From: a virus
Lineage: Duplodnaviria > Caudoviricetes
Strand: one strand, 5' to 3'
Virus record (IMG/VR): IMGVR_UViG_3300028887_000099
Coordinates: 1 to 64,000 of that record
DNA: 64,000 nucleotides
Of this stretch, positions 49,673 through 61,894 are shown one piece after another (position 1 is the first letter of the stretch; each line of letters opens with the position of its first letter). Below the pieces are notes generated by a model that saw nothing but the letters and a program-made list of their open reading frames with translations, was not told where the DNA came from and made no database searches. The position numbers and the translations under genes are program-made.

Positions 49673-50406
49673 GTGAATATTTTGATATTTATAAATAGAG
49701 ATTAAATCGGTTTGGAACTGATTATTAGTCTCGCATTTAGGGAGAACGCGAGCATAATTTTGACCTTTATTTATTAAAAACTTTATATCGAGTTGATTTT
49801 GAATATTGTGGATGCCCACATGCGGGCAGTCTTGAAAAATATAAACAAGATGATACTAAAACTCTTCAATATTTATTAACTAATGTCCATTTAGATATTC
49901 CAAATGGGACTATATTAGAATTAGTTGATAAAAATAATGAAAAATAGCCTTGGATGATATATTATTTAGAAAATATAAAAGCTAGTGGTTATAATCGTTA
50001 TATTATGTTAAAGATGACTCATTTTCTTACGTGGATGGCACGTGATGGTAGTGTTTAGACTTCTTGGGCATATATGTATGGACAAGAAGATAATATGCTA
50101 AAAGATGAGATTCGTTCTCGTTCTCGTATGGATGCACTCTATGCTGAAAATTTGAAATCAAGTTTTTTTGTAATGCCACGTAATGAATTTGTGAAAAAAG
50201 ATAGTTATTTTGTTATTGGTGATAAACCTTTTCAAGAATATTACCGAGTTACTGGATATGATATTTAGTCTAGTGAAGGGGTAGAATATGTAACTATTGA
50301 CCCTGTTTATGAGTTTGATTTGACTGCTGCGCCAGAACAAACTTCCACTGAAGAACCAGAAGATTTCTTTTGGATTAATGGGGGTGTAAATAATGGCGAC
50401 TCGTAA
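49669..50406 (+). CDS. Head closure/neck protein candidate, code 15
   Basis: 245 aa with TAG read-through; called from synteny. Confidence 0.5.
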
Positions 50407-50884
50407 TTTAGCAGATTTAGGCACAAATCTTCAAAAAATTATTACTCGTTTATAGGCTAATTAGACCCTTTTAAAATTATTATATTATACAAATAAAGAC
50501 CCGTATTCAGAAGAAAATTTAACAGAGTAGCAAATTAAAAATGAAGTTTTTGAAAAACTTATAAAAATTGTTCCTCGTGTTGGACCAAAAGAAACAGCAC
50601 AAAGTTTATTAGCCTTACGTGTTGTGCGTGGTCGTTCTAATGAAGAAAATAATGAGTTTCGTGACTTTGAGATTGATATTGAAGTTTTTGTTCCAATGAC
50701 TTAGTGGATTATAAAAGACTCTAATTTACGTCCTTTTGCAATTATGGGTGAAATTCATAAATCTCTTAATAATAAAACAATTGATGGATTAGGAAAAATG
50801 ATTGGGGGAGATTTTCAAATTAATTTCTTAACAGATGAAATGAGTTGTTATGAAATGGTTTACTATATAACTAGTTATGATTAA
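50393..50884 (+). CDS. Tail terminator/completion candidate, code 15
   Basis: 163 aa; called from synteny. Confidence 0.5.
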
Positions 50885-51623
50885 TCCTAATTTTTTTATT
50901 GGTTAGCCAGTTGCTTTTTAGTCAGTATGTACAGTATATCCACCTAAAATTACTGAAATTTTAGCAGATATAAATTACCCTGTTTATAGAAAAATTTTAT
51001 TTAATACTTAGGAAGATTTAGAAGATGAGTGGGTAGAACAAAATTTATCAATGGAAGAATTACCCACTCCTTTAGAATATATTTTTGCTATGGCAGCAGT
51101 TGATACTGCAATTAAAGCAGTTATATTAAAAGGATTTGAGTTTTTTATACATGAACCAGTAATATTGTTAAGTGATTAGAAGAAAATTATAATTGGAGAT
51201 TTATAGTAGACTTTACAAACAATTAAATCTATAGATGAATTACGTATTATTGATGAATCTAATTTTTTTGAATTTTAGAATTTATTGCGTTAGTCTATAG
51301 GTGAAAAAGAAGCTGAACCCTATAACCCAAATGAAAATCCAAAAATTAAATATTTTAAGGCGAAGGCGCGCCTTCGCGATAGAGTAAAAGCAAAATCTAA
51401 AGATGCTTTAAATTTAGGTACTACTTTAGCTACAATTTGTTGTATGAATTTTGGCCTTAATCCACTTAATATTGGAGAGTTAAGCTAGGCAGCAATTAGT
51501 GTTTTAATTCGTTATTATTAGGAAAAAACTAAATATGAAACGGATATTTCTGCTTTGTTGGCTGGCGCAGATAGTAAAAAAATAAAACCGCAAAATTGGA
51601 TTAGAAATATAGAAGATTTATAA
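50877..51623 (+). CDS. Tail assembly (chaperone-like) protein, code 15
   Basis: 248 aa with many TAGs. Confidence 0.5.
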
Positions 51624-51642
51624 AATAGGAGGTCATTTCTAA

Positions 51643-52536
51643 ATGGCTAGTATTTTAGACCGTTATGGTATTAAAGAGGTTGCAGACGTAACATTCTATG
51701 AAATTAATTCAGATGGTACTGCTGGTAAGCCAGTTCTTTATCTTGATACCCTAAAAGTTTCTACTATTGAATAGACTGCTGAGCAAGTTGATGCCCGTGG
51801 TGGTAAGGGTAACCCAAAACTTATCACTTGGGATTATGGTAAGGAGATTACTATTAATATTGAAGATGCTCTCTTTAGCCCAAAGTCAATGTCTATTATG
51901 CTTGGTGATGGCACTGTAACTCATGCAACTACTCAATATATTCAACATACTGCAGTTGTTCGTCTTGATAATACAGGTAAATTCCCTGAGTATTTTATTG
52001 CAGACGTATATGATGCTAACCAGGGTTCTGCTCGTAAAAAGATTTATATTGGTGCGAATGCTTCTGCTCCTGCAGGTATGGTAAAGCTTGCTGACGCAAA
52101 CATTGCTCTTGCAGATAATAGTGCTTTTGCCAATGCGCAGTTAGTAACAGAGGCAGGTACTGTAGTTGATAGTAACTTTACTTCTTCTGATTTGCTTGGT
52201 GCTGCTGCATCTGCACAATATAGTACTTATGCAGGCTAGAAGATGATATTTACTTATGCTGTAAAGGCAACTACTAATACTATTACAATTTCTGGTGATA
52301 GCTTCCCTGGTACTTATTATGTTACTGGCGACACTTATGCTCGTTCTGATGTTGATGGTAAGGACCAGTTCTTCCAGTTCATTATTCCAAAGGCAAAGAT
52401 GAGTGCAGAAAATACGATTACTCTTGAAGCTGAAGGCGATCCTTCAACTTTCAATATGAATCTTACCGTACTTCGTCCAGAGTCTGGTGATATGATGAAG
52501 CTTGTACAGTATGAGCTTGAAGGTAGCGCAGGCTAA
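51643..52536 (+). CDS. Major tail tube protein, code 15
   Basis: 297 aa; YGIKEVADVTFY, STIE(Q)TAE...ARGGKGNPKLITWDYGKE; TAG at 51772 and 52237. Confidence 0.75.
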
Positions 52537-52598
52537 TAAAAATTATTTGAAGGCGGAGGGAGGATTCCCTCCGCTATTTTATTAGGAGGAAAAGGAGC

Positions 52599-53384
52599 AT
52601 GGATGAAAGTTTTGTTTCATTTAAAAGTTTAGAGGATGTACACTTAAAAGCTACTTATGAAATGAAAGCTAATGGGAAAACTTTTCAAGAAGGCGAAACT
52701 ATTGCTTTATTTGATAAAATTTAGATTAGTAAGTTAGATGAAATAAAAAATTATATTGCTGCTCGTGGAGGTTTTGATAATCGGGGGCACGTATTTTGGG
52801 AGACAACTAAAGAAATTTAGTTTACTTTTTCACAAGGAGTTTTCTCAACTTTATAGTTTGGTATTTTAAATAATGCTAATGTTATTTAGATTGAAGAAGG
52901 AGAACCAATTTTAATTACTAAAATAGAAGAATTAGAAAGTAATGCCGTTGGTAATATTATGACTACTGAGGAAGCAGTAGACCAAATTTTTATTTATAGA
53001 AAATCTGACGGTGAACGGCTTTCTTGGAATAGAATTGGACGGTATTTAAAAATAAATGAAGCCTATTTAGATGTAATTGTATTTTATAGATATAATTATG
53101 TTGGTGGCGCAGGTGTTGCAAAAATTGGGCAACAATTTCTTGGTGGATTTTTGGAATTAGAGGGAAAAACGAGAGTAAAGGACGATACGTCTGGACTAAT
53201 TACTACGGGTATTATAAAAATCCCGAAACTAAAATTAATGTCTGGCTTATCTATACGAATGGGCGCGCAGGCTAATCCAGTGGTTGGAACATTTTCCGCT
53301 GTAGGCGTACCAGTAGAATTACGACATAACAGTTATGTTATGGAATTTGAATTCTTAAATAATGATATAGATAGTGATATGTAA
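52599..53384 (+). CDS. Tail-tube paralog, code 15
   Basis: 261 aa; N- and C-terminal segments align by eye with the tube protein. Confidence 0.55.
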
Positions 53385-53450
53385 ATTCCATTTACTTTAA
53401 GTCAGCATTAGTTTTAGCTAATGCTGATTTTTTATACATGAGGTGGGAAA

Positions 53451-56400
53451 ATGGCAAGTCATAATTAGAGATATACTTTAACTTTTGACGCTGAATTAAA
53501 TATAGGGTAGATGAAAGGAGCACTTAATAATATTTAGAGTGCTTTAAATAAACTAAATATCCCATCTACTGCTACAAAAGGGTTAGAAGATACTTTTCAT
53601 AAATTATCAGAAGAACTTCGTAATTTTGAAACTCTAAATGGGAAAGGAATTAAAAGTTCTGGTGATTTTAAGAAAATTGAAACTTCTGTTGAAAAACTTA
53701 TTACTTTATATGAACGTTTAAAAGTATAGGCAAAAGATTTGGGTAAAGCTTCTGGAAAAGATTTAGAGAAACTTTTCCCAGCAGGAGTAACTGAAAATAT
53801 TAATAAAGCTACTACTGCAATGTCTACTTATATTAATAAAGTTAAAGCAGCATAGACTGAAGTAGATAAATAGAATAAAAAAGTTCGTGAATGGACTGCA
53901 CAATTAAATGCTAGAGAACAAAAGAAAGCTTCAATCGAATAGACTTTAAATACAGCAACGGCAAATGTTGGTGCTGCTGAAAATGCAATAAAATCTAAAG
54001 CTAGAATTGATGATATTGCGGCTGCTTATGATAAAGTCCGAGAAATGGCTGATAAAGCTGCGGCTTCAGCATAGAAATATGAGGCTGTTGTTGCAGCAGG
54101 AACTGCGACTTCTGGTTAGAAGAGTGTAGTGACTAGAGCAAAAAATTTATAGACATTAATTAAAGAATATGATAATGCAAAAGCTGCTGCAAAAACAGCA
54201 ACCACAGATTTAGAAAAAACTGATAAAGAAATTGAGAACGCGCGCCGTGCACTTGAAAAATATTAGGCATTAGTAGCAGACGCTTTAAAAAATCAACCAG
54301 TAGCTGAATCTACTGCTTTAAATAATCTTTTTCAAGATTTAGAAAAATTAAATGGTATAGATTTATCTAATTATGACCATACTTTTGAAGGAGCTAAAAA
54401 AGCTTTAAGTGATTTTGTTTAGGCTAATGGCTCTGCTGCAATTCAAGAAATTAACGGTTTTATTTAGGTTTTAGAAGCTGAAGGAGTTAATTGTGATGAA
54501 TTGCGTCAAAAAATAGAAGCAACACGTATTGAGGACGAGCGTCTTCAAAATTAGATGCGTGAAATTGGCGCGATTAAATAGCGTATTTAGTATTTCTTTG
54601 GCCTTCAAAATACAATTAATTTAGTAAAGCGTGCTATTCGTAGTGCTTTTAATACAATTAAAGAACTTGATAAAGCTATGACTGAAACAGCAGTTGTTAC
54701 TGACTTCTCTGTTTCTGATATGTGGGCATAGTTGCCTGAGTATACAAAGCGCGCGAGCGAACTTGGAGTTACTACATTAGAAGCATATCAAGCTGCTACA
54801 CTTTATTATCAGTAGGGTTTAAAGACAAATGAAGTAAATGCATTGTCTATTGAAACATTAAAGATGGCGCGTATTGCAGGTCTAGAGGCTGCTGATGCTA
54901 CTGACCGTATGACTAACGCTCTTCGTGGTTTCAATATGGAATTAACTGAAGCTAATGCATAGCGAGTGGATGATGTATATTCAGAACTTGCTGCAAATAC
55001 TGCATCAAATGTTGATGAAATTTCAACTGCTATGACTAAAGTTGCTTCTCTTGCTAATAATGCAAATATGGAATTTGAAACTACTGCGGCTTTCTTAGCA
55101 CAAATCATTGAAACTACTCGTGAAAGTGCAGAAACTGCTGGTACTGCATTAAAAACAGTTGTTGCACGTTTTTCAGAAGTTAAAAAATTAGTTGATGAAA
55201 ATACTATTCGTGGTCAAGACGAAGAAGGTTAGGTTATTGATGTTAATAAAGTAAGTACTGCTTTACGTTCTGCTGGAATTGATTTAAATAAGTATTTTCT
55301 TGGCGAAGTTGGCCTTGATGATATTTTTATTGAACTCGCTGAAAAATGGGATTCTTTAACTTCTTTATAGCAACGTTATATTGCAACTTAGGCAGCTGGT
55401 TCTCGTTAGCAATCTCGTTTTATTGCATTAATGTCTGATTATGCACGTACTTAGGAATTAGTTGGAAAAGCATATAATGCTAATGGAGCAAGTGCGCGTT
55501 AGTTTGAGAAAACACAAGACTCATTATAGTCTAAATTAGCTCGTCTAAAAAATGAATGGAACGAATTTTTAATGGGCTTAACTAATAACGTTGTTATTAA
55601 AACAGCAGTTGATTGGTTAACTAAATTATTACATGGATTTAATTCCCTTACTAGTGCAATTGGTGAAGGTACTAATGGTTTAGTAAAATGGGGTGTAGAA
55701 TTAGGTATTGTATTAGGTACTCTTAAACTTGCTAAAGGTATATTTAAAACTGGTGGTATTTTAGATGCAGGTTTAGGACTTTTAACTGGCGGTACTGTTG
55801 TTGGTAATGCTTTAGAGAAAATAGGTTTAACTACTAAAGCTGGTGCAGGAGCTACTAGTGCAGCAGCACGGGGTGGTGCTCATTTAGCAGGTGCGGCTGG
55901 TACAGCTGGAACTACAGGCACAGTAGCCGGTACAGGATTAATGGGCGGTTTAGCCAAAATGGGGGCAAAAATCGCAGGAAAAGAATTGGCAACAAGTGCG
56001 GCTGCTATGGCTCCTGGAATGATTTCTTCTCTTGGTGCGATTGCGACTGCTTTAGGTGTTGTGGCTGCTGCTGTTGGAGCAGTTATTGCAGCATATTAGC
56101 TTTGGTTACATTTTTCATTAGCTGGGCAATTGAAATAGGCTGAACAATTTGCTGATATAATGAATAAAAATGCTAAAAATGCCAAGAAAGCTTCTGAAGA
56201 AATTAAGGCTATGTCAGAGTCTTACGAAAGTTATACAGAAGCAGTTCAAACTGCCTCTAATATAGAAGAAAGAAGCGCAGCAATAAAAGAACGTAATGAT
56301 TATATTACTTCTTTATTAGAATAGAATTCAGCATATGCTTAGTATTTGGAAACTGAAATTTAGAATGGAGAAATTATTTTAACTTTTGATACTGAAAAAT

Positions 56401-59400
56401 TAGAGGAAGGAATTAAGAAAGCCGAAGAAGGTGCAGAAAAAGCATAGGTTGGAGCAGATATGGCTACAGCAGTAGCAGCAGGTAAATAGGCTGATATATA
56501 TGAATAGTAGTTACGAAGTGCTGGTATTGATTTAGAAAAAGGTACAAAAACTACTGAATATCAAACAGCAAATGGAGAGATTCAAACAATTGTTCAAGAT
56601 TTAACTAAAGAAGAAATTGCTAAATATAGTGCAATTTCTTTAAAAGCTGAAGCTGCAAGAGCAGAAGAACAAAGTTATGCATAGATGGCATATCTTCGTA
56701 ATTTTACAACTTCAGATTTAAATATAGATGATAATTTAGCTAGCTTATTTGCTGAAGGTTTCGCATAGACTTTTTCTGAACAATAGGGTGAAGATGAATT
56801 TTTAGAAAACGTTAATAAGAAGCGTTTCCAAAATTGGTGGAATGGTTATGCTACTAAAGAAGAGTTATAGAGATAGTATAAAGAATTATATGGTACTGAT
56901 GCTGGGGATTTAAAAAGGGGAGAATTAGCCAAACTTGTAGCAGAAGCCTAGGTAACAGAAGAAGAAGTAGGAAAATCTGAAAATACTGTAGCAGAATTAT
57001 TAGCAAGTGATTAGGCTGAGTTATATAAAACAATTGCTGATGCATATTAGAAAGCTGGAGAAAAAACTACTGAATCATTATTAACCTTAGATATTGAAAA
57101 TGATACTGAATTAGCAGAATATTTAGGTTTGGAAAATTTAGTAGATGGTTTTAGTGAATTAGAAAAAGCAATTGGTTTAGATGAAGGTGCTCTACGTGAG
57201 CACATGAAAACTTAGTTAAAACTTCAAAAATAGGCTTAGCAAGAAGCTGTAAATGCTACAGCAAAACGAATGCTTACTGCTGGGGCCTATTCTGATGAAT
57301 AGATTATTAAGTTTGAGTTATTAAAAGATACTGCTGATTAGGAATATATTAATAAACTTTTAACTCAAGTTGAAGATTTTAGTTTTGGAGATAAAATTGT
57401 TAATTCTATTATAGATGCTATGGCAGAAGAGGATTGGTAGGATTCTGCTTTTTAGAGTTGGTTTAATAATCTTGATTTATCAAATCCAATTCAAGCATCA
57501 AATGAATTAAATAATGCTTTAGAATCAACTGATGAACGAATTCGTCAATTAGCTGAAGATATTTTAAATAGTGGAAATGCTGTTGCAGAATTTTCTGATA
57601 GCGCGCAAATTCAATATTTTTTAACTAGTGAGTCCTTTGAAAATTTAAGTGAGTCTTTAGATGACTTTAAAGAGAAAAATGGAGAAATTACTTCTTCTAA
57701 TATAAAAGAGTTAGCTAAATCTAATAAAGATTTAAACACTTTATTAAAAAATAATGTTGTCACAGCCAAAGGATTAGCTAATATACTAAAAGGGTTAGAT
57801 GATGGTAAATTTACCTTTATGGATATTAATGATGCTATTTTAGCAGCAGTTAATAGTCTTGATGACCTTGATGGTATGGTTAGTGATTTAATTGATGACC
57901 TTAATAGTTTTGACCCTGGCTTTGATGAAGATGATATTACTGGTTTTATTAATAAAGTTTATGATTTTTCTAAAGAAAAATTAGAAAAAGGTGCTTATGG
58001 CAATAATGCTATGGGTAACTATATGCGCTATATTTTTGGTGATCCTAAAGAAGGAGAAAAATATGGTGAAGGATATATCAATTGGTTAAATCGAAATCTT
58101 GCATGGCTTGAAGCAAATAAAGAAAATATGTACTCTGCCTGGACTGAAATTGCTGGAAGTTCAGAAGAGGGTGCTAAAATTTATGGCGATGGTGTCAGGT
58201 TATGGGAAGAAAACGGTGAAATTTTTATTGACACTTTAGGTCATACTACAGAAGAAATAGTTCAAATTTTAACAGAAGGATCTAAAGGAACAGCCAATTA
58301 TACGGAACAACAAATCCGTATGATGATTGGAGATTTAAAACAATATTCAGCAGATTTAGCCTAGGCTCTTTCAGAAGCAGACTTGCCAAAAGCCATTGAA
58401 GCTTGGTATGAAGAACTAGATGAAATTCATGGAATTAAAATATTTGATGAGGCTCAAGTTAAAACATTATCTTCAGTATTAAATGTTTCAGAACAAGAAA
58501 TTTGGACCGCTATTCAAAATCTTGCAAAAGATGCTGATGATTTACGTAGAATTGAATGGGATATTAATACTGATGGTATAGTTGATGGTTAGGAACGTTT
58601 AAAAATTTTAGAAGATTTAGGTGCAAAAATACGTGGATATTATACCATTGCAGGAAAAGAAGCTGATGAACGAGTATATTTAACATAGCATACTTTAGGT
58701 GGCAAATATACTAGTACTGGTCAATATGAAATTATCAATGCTGATAATTTACGTCAAGAATTACAAAGTGCAGGATTGGTAGAATATTTTAGTTAGATTT
58801 TAAATGATTGTATTAAAGAAGGAGATCATTTTGTTCAAACCATTCGAGGTCAATTAACTGATATTGAAGTTCAAGCTGGCGAAACAGCTGGAGATGCTTT
58901 AGCCAGAGTAACTAGTGAAGTTGCAGATGAGGCGTTGGCTACTGCAATTAGTGAAAAATTAGCTGATGCATTAACAGATCTTAAAGTTGGTCTTGATACA
59001 ACTGAATATGATGAGTAGTCTGCAGCAGTAAAGGAAGATTTGGAAGTTATAGATAATACTGAAGTTGCTCCTACTCTTACTGCCAATACTAGTCAAGCTG
59101 ATGCAGCAATATAGACTACTACTTCACTTTTAGATGGTTTTGCTGCAAGACCTAATGTAATAGAAAAGACTATCCGTATGAGATATGAAGTAATGCATAC
59201 GGAAGTTACTGATAGAGCAGCCACAGGAGGTATTGTACCTTCATATGCTAGTGGTAGTCATCGTTTACATGCAGGATTTGCTTTAACAGGAGAAGAAGGA
59301 CCAGAAATTATTTGGAATAAAAAATAGGGTTATAGTTATATTACTGGTTAGAATGGCCCTTAGTTCCAAAATTTAAATGCTGGAGATAGAGTATTTAATG

Positions 59401-61016
59401 CATAGGAAACGGCGCGAATTTTACGTAATTCTGGTTTGTTTGGGTCATTTGCTAGTGGTAGCCATGTTGCTCGTGGTTATGGAGGAACTGTTAAGACAAC
59501 GGTTACTGGTTCTCCAGAAAATCCTGAGGCAGAATATGAAAAATAGTCTACTTGGTATAATGATTTAGATTGGTTATATAATCTTATGGAAGATATAGCT
59601 GAGCTTGAACGTTAGCAAAATTTCCTTCAAACTCAACACAATATTTATCTAAAAGATATTAATGCAACAGGTCGTGACCTTTATAATACAACGCGTTCAG
59701 AATTAAATAATTTAGCTACTCAGCTAGATAATGAATAGGTGGCTTAGTTAAAAAGACTTTAGTAGATGCGTGAACTTTTTACTATGTTTCCACAATATGC
59801 TTAGTATGCTTGGTGGAATAGTAGTGATTAGACTCTTGAAATTAATTGGGATGCAATTGAAGCGATTCGAGATAAAGATACTTATGATGAAGTAACTGAA
59901 CTTATAAGTCGCGCCGAGGCTATTCAAGGGCAAATTGATGACGCTGAATCTGCTATGTGGTCTATAAAAGAATAGATTCAAGAACTTCAAGACCGTTACT
60001 TATAGAAATATTTAGATTTCCAAGACCGCGTATTAAATGCTTTAGTTGCACAATATTAGGCTACAATTGACAATCTTTCTACTTTAAATGATACAATTAA
60101 TGATTCTAATAATGCAATTTTAAATTCTATTTAGAATGAGATTGATTTAGCTCGTTAGATTCGTGATAATACTGATACAGAAAAAGAATTATCTGATTTA
60201 GAGGCGCGCCTAGCCTATTTACAACGCGATACAACTGGTGCGAATGCATAGGAAATTCATCAACTTCAAGAATAGTTAGATGAAGCTCGTCAAGGATATA
60301 GTGATACATTAATTGATTAGTCTATTGACCGTTTAGCTTAGGCAAATGATAAAGCTGCCGAATAGCGTGAAAAGCAAATTGAGTTAATGCAGGCTTAGTT
60401 AGATTATTTATAGAAATCTGGTAGTTTATGGAATGAAGTAGCTACCCTAATGGAAGGTGGTTTTGCTGGAGATGGCACCGTTATTCGTTATTCATAGCTT
60501 GAGTAGGTTTTACGTAATGCTGAAGATTGGGATGCTATGTCTTAGGCGCAACGAGATAATTGGGCTAATGAATTAATTCTTGAAACTAATGAAGTTGGCG
60601 CGCACCTTATCCAAATTAGCGAAGGACTTGATTCAATTAGTGCTGGTGTATGGGCTTCTATTCCTGCTCATTCCTATACAGCTACAAAGGTTGAAGAAAA
60701 ATATGCTACTGGTGGACTTAATACTTATACTGGTCTTGCGCATTTAGATGGTACACCTAGTGCACCCGAATATGTATTAAATGCTCGTTAGACAGATGCA
60801 TTTTTACGTTTGGCTGAGGTTCTTCCAACTTTTATGGGAACCAATACAAATACAATTTCTAACTCTTATGGTGGAGATATTTATCTTGATATAAATATGC
60901 ATGTAGATGAAATAGGTAGTAATTATGACGTAGATAAAATTGCAGAACGTGTAAAGGATATAATTTATGATGCAAGTTCTTATCGTAATGTAAATACATT
61001 GAATTTTATACGTTAA
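53451..61016 (+). CDS. Tape measure protein, code 15
   Basis: Single frame of 2521 aa joining track ORFs 54966, 55572, 57819, 58383, 60810; TP901-type core (LDKAMTETAVV...ETAGTALKT), YATGG...LDG.PS.PE.VLN tail. Confidence 0.88.
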
Positions 61017-61076
61017 AAACTACTTAAATACGGAGATAGAGGGGACGAAGTCCCCTCTATAAAAGGGGGAATTTTA

Positions 61077-61883
61077 ATGAGTGTTTTTTCAGGAGATTTC
61101 TTAGGATTTACATTAGGGGATGTTCATTCAGAACAATTAAATATTACTAGGGTTAGTTCTGGTGATAGATATGATGATATTTTATTACCTAATTTTAAGG
61201 ATACTACTGTTGAGGTACCAGGTGGGGATGGTCTTTATTATTGGGATACATTTTATAATTAGAAGCCTTTTACTTTAAATTTTGCTTATGATGATTTGCG
61301 TGATGAGGATTTACGTAAACTTAGATAGATTTTTGGTTTTAAAGGTATATAGCCTTTAATTTTTGATGAAACACCATATAAAAAATATATGGTGAAATGC
61401 GCGGCGCCACCTACATTTCGTTATATATGTTTTGATCATTTAGAAATGAGGTTATATAAAGGAGAAGGAACTGTAAATTTAATTGCTTATTATCCTTATG
61501 CATTAGCTACTTTTTCACCTAATTTTTTAAATGCAACGACAGCCGTTATTAATAATACTGGAGATTTAGGGGCTTTTATAAAGATTTTTTATACTATAAG
61601 TAATGCTACAGGTTTAACCACAATTCAATTAAAAGATATGAATAATAATCAATTAAACGAATTAAAATTTAGAGGTTTTACAAAATAGGGTAATGATAGT
61701 TATATTATGCTTGATTTTAGAACTCATCTAATTGAAGGTTTAAATTCAAGTTTTTAGAAAACTGGTAATTTATATAATAAGTTTATATAGAGTGGAGATT
61801 TTTTCAATGCACCTGTTGGGCGTACCCAATTTTCTTCTAATAAAAGTTTTTATAAATTAGAGTATACTCCACTTTATTATTAA
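61077..61883 (+). CDS. Distal tail protein (Dit), code 15
   Basis: 268 aa; FLGFT...S..LNI, VEVPGGDG.YYW, LIFDETPYKKY.VK. Confidence 0.75.
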
Positions 61884-61894
61884 GGAGGCAAAAT

